Counted from the first letter of the stretch, positions 9,114 to 16,595 are shown. The stretch is 28,905 nucleotides of DNA from a virus (IMGVR_UViG_3300016656_000064:1-28905); one strand, 5' to 3'. Made by a program: numbers and translations. The notes: generated by a model not told the origin, from the sequence alone.

Positions 9114-10053
9114 TGTTCACTCCGTGCAGTCGATCTAAGAGTTCGTCCACCCGTCTTGTGACTTCGGGCACCGCACCGACCGCGTTGCCAGCCGAAGGAA
9201 CTCCGACGCCGACCGCGTAATCCTTAACAAGCTCTTTCAATGCCCCAGGCATGCCGCTGCGAGCCATCTTCACTACCGCAACACTTCGGCCGAACGGGTC
9301 CAAGACTGTGTCCATAACGCCCCCCCATAGGGCCGCCAGCCACGCAGGCACACCGGCCTGTTCCAAGCTCTGCCAGGACGATGGGATCGCCTCGTCTATC
9401 TTGGCCTGCCTGGAGTACGACCCTGCTTCGTATGCTGGGCGTGCGTCTAGGTGTTGCCACGGGATGCTGCTGCGCTCGTCCGTTTCCTTGGTGTACTCGT
9501 CAAAGGCGGTTCCGGTTCCCTTGGGCACAAACCCACTGTCCTCAGCGCCATAGATGGTGGCTGTGTTGATTGCCTTCGCTAGATTCTTTTCGGCATCGGG
9601 ATATCTGCGTTGGGCTGGATCAATCCTGTTGGCGACAACCTTGGAGGCATTGATGGCAACCGCCGCGGGAGCCGAGAACCATTGGAAGGCTTTGGCGAGT
9701 GGCATGCGGCCGTCATACGGGATGTCCACCACGCCGGCCAGCGGGTCTTTGATGCTGCCGAACTTTTGGTAGGGGGTTCCAAGGTCATCCATCTCGCCGG
9801 CGCGGTAAGCCACAAGGGGTCCAGACAGCGCGCTGCCAAGGTAGGTCGGATTTGCCCCGTACCGCTCGTTCAGCTTGTCCAAGAAGTGCTTGCGGCGCAT
9901 GTCTTGGTCGTACTGCCGCGGAGACTTGGTTTCGTACGACAGCACCCCCGGGTGCCAGAACGCCCTAGACAAAGCCCCCGGCATCTTCGCCTGCGGCAGG
10001 GCTTTTGTCTCTTCGATGAGTTGGCGCAGAAACGCCTGATCTTCCGGGTCCAT
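9103..10053 (-). CDS. Hypothetical protein, putative internal virion/ejection protein
   Basis: 316 aa, coupled to neighbours; Gly/Ala hydrophobic segments near C-terminus. Confidence 0.7.
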   Translation of the reverse strand: MDPEDQAFLRQLIEETKALPQAKMPGALSRAFWHPGVLSYETKSPRQYDQDMRRKHFLDKLNERYGANPTYLGSALSGPLVAYRAGEMDDLGTPYQKFGSIKDPLAGVVDIPYDGRMPLAKAFQWFSAPAAVAINASKVVANRIDPAQRRYPDAEKNLAKAINTATIYGAEDSGFVPKGTGTAFDEYTKETDERSSIPWQHLDARPAYEAGSYSRQAKIDEAIPSSWQSLEQAGVPAWLAALWGGVMDTVLDPFGRSVAVVKMARSGMPGALKELVKDYAVGVGVPSAGNAVGAVPEVTRRVDELLDRLHGVNSGR

Positions 10054-11531
10054 TACTGCTCACCAAGCCTTTCGATCAGCTTGTCGCTCACCATGCCAGC
10101 GGCAACGGCGGCGGGGATGCCTTCTTGGATGATGCGGCGGCGCATCTCGTCGGACATGATGTAGCGGCGGCCGGGGGGTGGAGGGGCCGCATCGGCATGC
10201 CCGCGAATGGCGCGAGTGTACGCCGCAGCATCATCAGTTGCCCTGCCAGCCAAGCCCGCCAAGTACATCAGCCGTGGCATTTCTTGCGCCGCCTGCTGCT
10301 TGGTCATCCCTTGCGTAATAATCAACGAATCATGCAGCCGACGCGCCGTGCGATCCAGACGCTCCGGGTCCTTTACGGTCAGAACATGCGACAAGTCCCT
10401 GAACAAGGATTCCGGCGTTAGCTCAGTTAGCCCGCTGGATTCTTCGTAGTCGCCAATTTCATTCATCAGCCGACGCTTGCTGACTATTAGCGGCTCGCCG
10501 CCTACAGGCTCCAGAGACGCTCCGGCCGGAGACTCATCAATCACGCCGCCCATCTTGCGACCAAGGCGCTCAATTGCGCCTGGAACGACCTTGTCGTACA
10601 GGTGCCGCATCTTGGCCAAGGATTCCTCGGCATCCATCGGGTTGCCGACCTTGTTGAAAATTGCGGTCGGGGAAGCAACTTCGATGGCGCGGTGTCCCTT
10701 GCGGGCGGCCTCCAGTGCCAGTCTCTTAATTAAAACGTCGGCCCACGCATCCTCCAACGGAAACTCTCGGACCATCTCGGCCGGGTTGTTGACCCAGCCC
10801 CATGCACCGTCGTCTTGGCGCTGCAATTGGTAGCCCTGCGCGAGCGCCCGATCTAGATAATGCGAACTAGGCTCGCCGGGCTCCTGCGGGGGCGGAGACT
10901 CACCGAGCTTCGCCTCGGCCCGCATCTTGCGGTTATGAATCCCAAGGTCGGACTGAAGTTCATTGATGCGCAGGGCATCGCCATGAATGTCGTAGCGGGC
11001 GTGGGCGACCGCGTCATCCGCTCCGTGCGCAGCGTTTAGCCAATGTGTGTCAAAGTCGCTGTCGCGCGCGCCGGGCTGCACAAGCAACAGTTCGGTGTAG
11101 TCGGAGCCGCCCTGTCCGCGGTCGCGCCACTTCGGTTCACCGTGATTAACCCCTTCCCCAAGCCGGGATGGACCGTCCTGAAATGAATCTGGAAACCGCC
11201 CCCAGTTGGGATGGTCGATGGTCGGCGGATTGCCGCCTAGCACCACCTCCTTGTGCGTATACACCGGGCTGCGTTCCTGGACCCTTGCCAGAAGTTCTGC
11301 CCGCGGCACAATATCGCGTCCTGCGATAACAGAATCCAGGTCGGTCGCCTTCAGCTCCCAGCCCGGGACACCATCCTTGTAGCGCTTCAATAAACCCGGA
11401 AGCTCATCAACGCGCACGCTCTCTGGCATTGCCTGGACAGCGCGTTCCAGGCGTGAGTAAATCCCGGGGCCTGGGTTGTAGCCAATCAGGCCGGCAATTG
11501 CGCGCCCGGTGCGGCTCAGAGCGTCAGCCAT
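10053..11531 (-). CDS. Polyvalent-protein-type domain protein (YSRLE...GV..EL; GG.DY.ELLL; AHAR; ELQSD)
   Basis: Motif series recalled from large phage virion/polyvalent proteins; biochemical activity unknown. Confidence 0.6.
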   Translation of the reverse strand: MADALSRTGRAIAGLIGYNPGPGIYSRLERAVQAMPESVRVDELPGLLKRYKDGVPGWELKATDLDSVIAGRDIVPRAELLARVQERSPVYTHKEVVLGGNPPTIDHPNWGRFPDSFQDGPSRLGEGVNHGEPKWRDRGQGGSDYTELLLVQPGARDSDFDTHWLNAAHGADDAVAHARYDIHGDALRINELQSDLGIHNRKMRAEAKLGESPPPQEPGEPSSHYLDRALAQGYQLQRQDDGAWGWVNNPAEMVREFPLEDAWADVLIKRLALEAARKGHRAIEVASPTAIFNKVGNPMDAEESLAKMRHLYDKVVPGAIERLGRKMGGVIDESPAGASLEPVGGEPLIVSKRRLMNEIGDYEESSGLTELTPESLFRDLSHVLTVKDPERLDRTARRLHDSLIITQGMTKQQAAQEMPRLMYLAGLAGRATDDAAAYTRAIRGHADAAPPPPGRRYIMSDEMRRRIIQEGIPAAVAAGMVSDKLIERLGEQ

Positions 11532-11532
11532 A

Positions 11533-11799
11533 TCAGCAATTCCACGCGCGGAGGGACTTGTTGATCCGGCTGTTCGGATCGTTGGCCGTCTCTTTGCTCG
11601 TCAGCTTTTCCTTCATGCCCTTCATCCTGGCGCAGAAGGAATCCCTGCGTGGCCCGCCTTCCGGCTGGGGAGGTTTCAGATTGGCGTTGTTGGCCCGGTT
11701 GTAGGCGGCGCGGCCCTTGGCATTCAGGCCGCCGTCAGGGTCCTGCCCCTCCTTGCGGGTCCATAGGAGGCTGCGAATCTTGTCACCCTCGCTGTCCAC
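11533..11799 (-). CDS. DUF6321-like small basic phage protein
   Basis: WTRKEGQDPDGGLNAKGR...RRDSFCARM...DPNSRINKSLRAWNC; GTG start at 11799 with GGAGGA RBS (shorter than the track ORF). Confidence 0.8.
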   Translation of the reverse strand: MDSEGDKIRSLLWTRKEGQDPDGGLNAKGRAAYNRANNANLKPPQPEGGPRRDSFCARMKGMKEKLTSKETANDPNSRINKSLRAWNC

Positions 11800-11938
11800 T
11801 GAGCTTCCTCCATTGCTTGGCATCTGGGTAGTCCTTGTCGCCCGGCTTGGCTGGTGACTCACCACGCTCACGCTTGGCGCGGATGTTGTCCCAGAGGCCC
11901 TTGCGAAGCTGCCTTACCTTGTCACCGTCTTTGTCCAC
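11783..11938 (-). CDS. Small basic phage protein (51 aa, GLWDNIRAKR motif)
   Basis: Below track cutoff. MDKDGDKVRQLRKGLWDNIRAKRERGESPAKPGDKDYP..., GGAGGA RBS and GTG start. Confidence 0.75.
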   Translation of the reverse strand: MDKDGDKVRQLRKGLWDNIRAKRERGESPAKPGDKDYPDAKQWRKLSGQRG

Positions 11939-12005
11939 GGAGTTCCTCCAAAAGTTTCCTGATCTTCTCGCCCTGGCACTCTTGGCAGCCGCAGTCAGTC
12001 TTCAT
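11922..12005 (-). CDS. 27-aa Cys-containing micro-ORF
   Basis: MKTDCGCQECQGEKIRKLLEELRGQRR fills the gap and carries the same GxKIRxL motif as its neighbours. Confidence 0.45.
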   Translation of the reverse strand: MKTDCGCQECQGEKIRKLLEELRGQRR

Positions 12006-12034
12006 CTTCAGGCCCGAAGAACCAGTCCATCACA

Positions 12035-12313
12035 TCAGCCACGGCCGGGGGCCAGCATGCGGAAGTCGAACTTGTAGCCCGTGGGAGGAGAGTAGCGGGC
12101 GAGCTGGTCCATGATCATCCGCTGGCGGCGCTGGGCCTCGGTCTCCTCTTCAACCATTCTGGCCTCGGCCTGACGAAGCGTCCTCGCCGCGGCGGCATGC
12201 TCACTGGGGCCCGCATACATGCCGACCGGATTGTCGAACGCCAGTCTTCCGGCCGCGTCCACGCCAGCGCCCGTGTCGGCCAAGAACTTGTTGTAATCAC
12301 GCATTGCGTTCAT
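12035..12313 (-). CDS. Hypothetical protein (92 aa)
   Basis: GGGAG RBS, in operon. Confidence 0.7.
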   Translation of the reverse strand: MNAMRDYNKFLADTGAGVDAAGRLAFDNPVGMYAGPSEHAAAARTLRQAEARMVEEETEAQRRQRMIMDQLARYSPPTGYKFDFRMLAPGRG

Positions 12314-12323
12314 AGGTGTCTCC

Positions 12324-12653
12324 CTACTTCTTAGTGTCCGCGTTGCGGATTGCTCTCTTCACCAGCAACTTGGCGGCCATGCGGACGAACGGCAGGTGCC
12401 GCTTGTACGCCTCCTCTTGCAGCCAATCGACAATGGTTTCGATGTTTTCCGTACACCACTGGCACCCCATCCGGTCCATCTTCTTGGCCCGGCTGTTACA
12501 TTGGCATCCGGGGACTGAGGTGATCCCAACAAGAGCCAAGAGCTTCTTTAGCTCCGTGCCCGGCCCAGAAGTAGGGATATCTACTGGCTCTGAGGTGTGG
12601 CAGTCCCGCTCTTTCAGAACCCCGTCCTCGTAGTACTTTTCAATGCATCCCAT
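12324..12653 (-). CDS. Cys-containing protein accompanying the Cys-rich adhesin (109 aa)
   Basis: ATG at 12653 right after the upstream stop; GPGTELKKLL...CQC...WC...LPF. Confidence 0.75.
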   Translation of the reverse strand: MGCIEKYYEDGVLKERDCHTSEPVDIPTSGPGTELKKLLALVGITSVPGCQCNSRAKKMDRMGCQWCTENIETIVDWLQEEAYKRHLPFVRMAAKLLVKRAIRNADTKK

Positions 12654-12654
12654 G

Positions 12655-15141
12655 TCAGTTGATCGTGAGGGTGGAGTTTGCGGCGTTGTAGGTTGCTGTT
12701 GCTCCACCGGCTCCGGTGAGCGTGACCGTTCCGTAGGTCTGCGTGGTTGCGCCGCCGAGAAGCTGGTACGTTGCGCCGGAGGTCGGGGTTGTTGTGAACG
12801 CAACCGTGAGCGTGGTCGGGGTGAACGTCACGTCGGAGATGTCGGCTGACCCGGCAAACTCTTGGTTGACGATGAGCGTCCCAGCTTGGATGTCGGTTGT
12901 GCCGGTGTAGGAGATGGCCCCAGACAGCTCCAAAGTACCGGACCCGGATTTCGTCAGATTGCCAGAACCGGAGACGTTGCCGCTCACCTCCAGATCACCG
13001 CCGACATTGAACGTGGAGTTCACAAGCAGTTCCACGGGCAGGCTGATTTCATGGCCAGTTCCACTGACTGTGACCGTGGCAGTGGAGCCGCTGTCCAGCC
13101 GGAGCGTCCCGCTATTGTCGCTGCTTTCGATAGTCCCAGGCCCACCAGTAAAGGTGATCGTCCCCAGTCTCTGAGAGATGCTCCCGCTCTGGGCTTTGAT
13201 ATCCAAGACTGCGCCTTGGATCGTCACCGGCGTGTTCACGTTTATCACGTCGGTGTTGGCGACCTGGGCAGTTCCATTGACGATGTCTACGCCCGTCGCA
13301 GAGCCGGAAAGTATGCTCCGCAGGCGAACAACTCCGGCATTGCCGACAGAGCCGATGGTGTACCCCACAACAGGATTTGTGTTGCCGTTAAAATCTCGCC
13401 AGCGACCCAAGAATATCGCCGTGGAGTTATCGGAAGCTTGGAGCGTGACAGAACGACCAAGCCGGATGTCGGTGGATGCGGTGCCGATGACCGCATCGCC
13501 CGTGCCGGTCGTTCCCAATACCACCACCTGAGACGCCCCGCTGCCAAGCGCCGCCACAGAGAAGGTGCGGTCAATGGAACCACTGGTGTCAGTAAGCACC
13601 CCACCCAAAACCAGCATCGCCGCCGTGCCGGTCGCCCCAGCAGCGGAATTTCCAATGACAGGCCTTGGAGCAGAGGAATCGCCGAACGGGCTGGAGCCCA
13701 GTTCATTGACACCAGCGGCAATGACAAGCGTGCCGTTTAAGACTTTCAACTGGCCGGCGTAGGGGCTGTTGCCGGAAAGCCTCCACAGACCGACGCCTGT
13801 TTTCTCAACGTCCGTGTCGCTGGGGCCGTTCTGGATTTCACCGGAGAGTTCGTTGGCTGCCGTGCTGGTGCCGGTCAGCGTCAGCTTGCGGTCGCAGCTA
13901 CCTGAGTGCGTGATGTTCGCCGTCAGCACCAGCGGGCCTGTGCCGTTGGCGGCAATCACCCCATCTCCAAGCAGAAAGATGCTGGCGTTGCTCGTCGCCC
14001 CAGCCCCGGTGTACGAGAGCGTGGTGACGCAGCTTTCCTGACAGTTCCCCAGCCACACGGTGAGCCCGTTGCAGCCAGAGAAGTTCAGGGTCTCGGCCGT
14101 CACGGGAGCCTCGTCCCAGCAGACCGTGACATCGACCTTGTGGAAGTTGGAGCCACACGGGACTGGTTCGATGTTGAAACTATCCCCGCAGAGCAGGAAG
14201 GAAACATTGAACGGGCACCGTTTCCCTACCTTCCCAACAGGTATCCCATGGATCAGAATCGGGGAGTCCGTGGTCCCGGTGGCCGTGGCCATCAAAGTCC
14301 CATCGAAGGGAGGCGTGCGTTTGTTCCGTGGCTGGGTAAAGGTCAGCCCTGCACCAGAAGACTGCTTGCTCTCACAGCACTCCGGCGTAAACGGCGACCG
14401 GCACTCATCAACGTCCTGGCAGGAAGTACTTCCGACCCCGGCCCAGTAGCCGTCCAAGGCATTGCATTCAGACTGGGTCTGCTGACCCAGGCTCACGCCA
14501 TCAGCATCACAGCATTCACCCAGGCAGGCCGTGTCACAGTCAGCGCCCTCCACAGATGGGGAATTGCACTGGGCCGTAAAGGAAAACTCATTGCAAGACG
14601 GGTTACCATCTGCGAGTTCCTCGCAGCAGGCCACCGGGCACCCCGTTAACTCACACGTCCCAGAGTTCCACACCCCTGCGCAGTCGGCCTGGAACTCGTC
14701 CGCACACACCCCATCCACACAGCATGACCCATAGCACCCAGTCTCATCCCCGCAGTACACCCCCGTGGAGTCGCAGCACACGCTAGTGCAGCCTTCTACA
14801 GCCCCCTCGCTAACGCACCCACAGCAGTTTTCTAGCTCCTCCCCCAAGGAAGGAACCCACACCTGCCCCTCCGAACACTCCTCCCCGTCCGGATACCACA
14901 CATTGCCGCAGCATCGCCCCGCAGCCGTGTACCACACGTTGTCGCAGCAGGTCCCAGAAGCTGTGTACCAGACATCATCACAGCAGGTTCCAGCCCCGGT
15001 TCGCCAAATCCCGTTGCAGCACACCCCCGCCCCAACACGCCAGACGCCCTCGCAGCAAACCCCTGCCAGCCTGGGGAACTCCTCGCCGCAGCAGTCGGGG
15101 GTAGGGGCTTGGCAGATGTAGCAGCAGCAGGAGCAGGTCAT
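12655..15141 (-). CDS. Cys-rich repeat / passenger-associated beta-strand repeat protein; putative tail fibre or adhesin
   Basis: N-terminal GxCC repeats; C-terminal Gly/Thr-rich region with PATR-like units VEKTGVGLWRLSGNSPYAGQLKVLNGTL and LTKSGSGTLELSGAISYTGTTDIQAGTL. Confidence 0.75.
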   Translation of the reverse strand: MTCSCCCYICQAPTPDCCGEEFPRLAGVCCEGVWRVGAGVCCNGIWRTGAGTCCDDVWYTASGTCCDNVWYTAAGRCCGNVWYPDGEECSEGQVWVPSLGEELENCCGCVSEGAVEGCTSVCCDSTGVYCGDETGCYGSCCVDGVCADEFQADCAGVWNSGTCELTGCPVACCEELADGNPSCNEFSFTAQCNSPSVEGADCDTACLGECCDADGVSLGQQTQSECNALDGYWAGVGSTSCQDVDECRSPFTPECCESKQSSGAGLTFTQPRNKRTPPFDGTLMATATGTTDSPILIHGIPVGKVGKRCPFNVSFLLCGDSFNIEPVPCGSNFHKVDVTVCWDEAPVTAETLNFSGCNGLTVWLGNCQESCVTTLSYTGAGATSNASIFLLGDGVIAANGTGPLVLTANITHSGSCDRKLTLTGTSTAANELSGEIQNGPSDTDVEKTGVGLWRLSGNSPYAGQLKVLNGTLVIAAGVNELGSSPFGDSSAPRPVIGNSAAGATGTAAMLVLGGVLTDTSGSIDRTFSVAALGSGASQVVVLGTTGTGDAVIGTASTDIRLGRSVTLQASDNSTAIFLGRWRDFNGNTNPVVGYTIGSVGNAGVVRLRSILSGSATGVDIVNGTAQVANTDVINVNTPVTIQGAVLDIKAQSGSISQRLGTITFTGGPGTIESSDNSGTLRLDSGSTATVTVSGTGHEISLPVELLVNSTFNVGGDLEVSGNVSGSGNLTKSGSGTLELSGAISYTGTTDIQAGTLIVNQEFAGSADISDVTFTPTTLTVAFTTTPTSGATYQLLGGATTQTYGTVTLTGAGGATATYNAANSTLTIN
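14884..15063 (-). repeat. Five tandem 36-bp (12-aa) coding repeats GxCCxxVWxxxx
   Basis: GVCCEGVWRVGA/GVCCNGIWRTGA/GTCCDDVWYTAS/GTCCDNVWYTAA/GRCCGNVWYPDG. Confidence 0.9.
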
Positions 15142-15184
15142 GTAGGAGATTGCCCTGCAAACAGGCCCAGATCATCGCCCCCCA

Positions 15185-15370
15185 GAAACGCGGCACGCGG
15201 AAACACGCGGAAAAGGCCGGTGGGGGCTAAGGGTGGGAAAAAATCCGGGTGGGGAATGGACTGATTACGCTCGCCGGGCCGGGGGGGCTGGGGGGGAGTT
15301 CTTGCTGATGTCGGCCGATCCTAAGTCTATGCCCGCCAACACTTTACGTTTCGGCACGGCTCGCCGGGCC
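15185..15370. other. Candidate packaging-initiation/genome-terminus region
   Basis: Non-coding; ACGCGG x3, long G-tracts, 12-bp direct repeat GCTCGCCGGGCC at 15269 and 15359; lies at the late/early boundary. Confidence 0.4.
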
Positions 15371-15480
15371 AAAAGCCCATAGTCAACGGCTGGACAAAAA
15401 CCGCCCCGCATCCGCCGGATTCCCCGGGATGCATCGCCCGCTACCTTCTACTGTCCCCCTTCCCCGTTTCCGTTTCCGCC

Positions 15481-15517
15481 AACAAAAAACCCCTCCCCCC
15501 GCGTGAGGGGGAGGGGT
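15481..15517 (-). terminator. Rho-independent terminator of the sigma-like gene
   Basis: Perfect 11-bp stem ACCCCTCCCCC/GGGGGAGGGGT, 7-nt loop, T-tract on minus strand. Confidence 0.85.
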
Positions 15518-15542
15518 AAACTTTCGTACACTGTACCGATTT

Positions 15543-16187
15543 TCAGTACCAGCGGCGGAGGGCGAACCCCCGGACGTTATGGTATTCGACGGTCAACCCC
15601 TCGGGCGAACCCCGCCACTCCGTGCCATCGCCCGTTTGGGCTGGCATCGGGCGGAGGGTGATAGGCTCCGCGTCCACCATTTCTACGGGCGTCCCGCCTT
15701 GCAACGCAGGGCATGCCATGCCACGGATATCGTCCATGCTAAGTTTTCGCAGGGCCTTGGCGTTTCGCCCGCACGCTGTCATGGAAAGGGCCTGAACCGT
15801 TTCCATCGCAGACACTATGGCGGAGGGGTTGTCCGTCAGGCCTGCGCGGCTCCCCACGTTCGCCAATGAGACGATACCCCCGACCGGCATGGGGAGAGTC
15901 CGATTCGCCTTCCGCCTTGCCCCGGTTCGATCCATCCATCCGGAACGCTTCAAAAACCGCCTTGCCCCGAAAACGGCCCGGGTCGGTTCGATACCATCCG
16001 GGGCCTTTAACAGAAGCATAAAAAACCGCTGCCCCGCATCATCAGCATCGGCACCGGATAGCCCGTCCCGTTTCGCACAACCTACGATCCACAACCGCAA
16101 TCCTTCCACCACGCCGGGTATGGCAAGCATCTCCCGCACTGTGGAATAGGTGGCCGAAAGACTCTTAACGTTGACAATCATGATCAT
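15543..16187 (-). CDS. Degenerate ECF-type sigma factor-like protein (region 2 recognisable)
   Basis: ATG at 16187 with GGAGG RBS; AKRDGLSGADADDAGQRFFMLLL resembles ECF region 2; no clear region 4 HTH. Confidence 0.55.
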   Translation of the reverse strand: MIMIVNVKSLSATYSTVREMLAIPGVVEGLRLWIVGCAKRDGLSGADADDAGQRFFMLLLKAPDGIEPTRAVFGARRFLKRSGWMDRTGARRKANRTLPMPVGGIVSLANVGSRAGLTDNPSAIVSAMETVQALSMTACGRNAKALRKLSMDDIRGMACPALQGGTPVEMVDAEPITLRPMPAQTGDGTEWRGSPEGLTVEYHNVRGFALRRWY

Positions 16188-16241
16188 ACCCTCCGAACTG
16201 GACAGCCGAACACATGGCCGGAAACGACCGACCACAACCCA

Positions 16242-16269
16242 AGCATAGCAACATATCGGCCCGTGTCTA
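16242..16269 (-). promoter_or_regulatory. Sigma70-like promoter for the sigma-like gene
   Basis: Minus strand TAGACA-16 nt-TATGCT with extended -10 TGn. Confidence 0.45.
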
Positions 16270-16308
16270 GTGGGCGGTTCAAAGAATTTTGGACCGGGCC
16301 GGATTTTA

Positions 16309-16517
16309 TATTGCCCCCCGCGTCTAATATATGGGTGCAAGCGTTTCAACAATGCGACGAACGTACAACATACGTTCGGCCGTCAGGGCGAAACGTGCGG
16401 GGGACACTGGCGGGAATTCCGGCAATCGCCGAGGATACCGCCGACACTGATCGCATATGCGGCCAGTGTGACACACTAAAAAATCTTTCGGTTTTTTATT
16501 GTGCGTCGTGTCTAATA
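16309..16517 (+). repeat. Two copies of TATTG-N8-GTCTAATA (16309-16329, 16497-16517)
   Basis: Identical boxes and spacing, both preceded by T-runs and followed by GGGT. Confidence 0.7.
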
Positions 16518-16595
16518 AAGGGTATCAACACGTTCGCATGCGATGAAGTTAACGTGTTAACTTATGAGCATGCGGGCAGCGTAAGGAGTCTTTCC

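Noticed and set aside
11994-12032. 12-aa micro-ORF MMDWFFGPEDED
   Set aside because: Too short, with no convincing RBS or motif to support it
14884-15063. 36-bp periodic repeats resembling a CRISPR array or DGR repeat
   Set aside because: Degenerate, in-frame coding repeats without spacers; no cas or reverse transcriptase gene in the window
16263-16595. N-terminal extensions of track ORFs 16263-17090 and 15543-16352
   Set aside because: Better starts with strong RBS at 16596 and 16187; the extensions cover a motif-rich intergenic region
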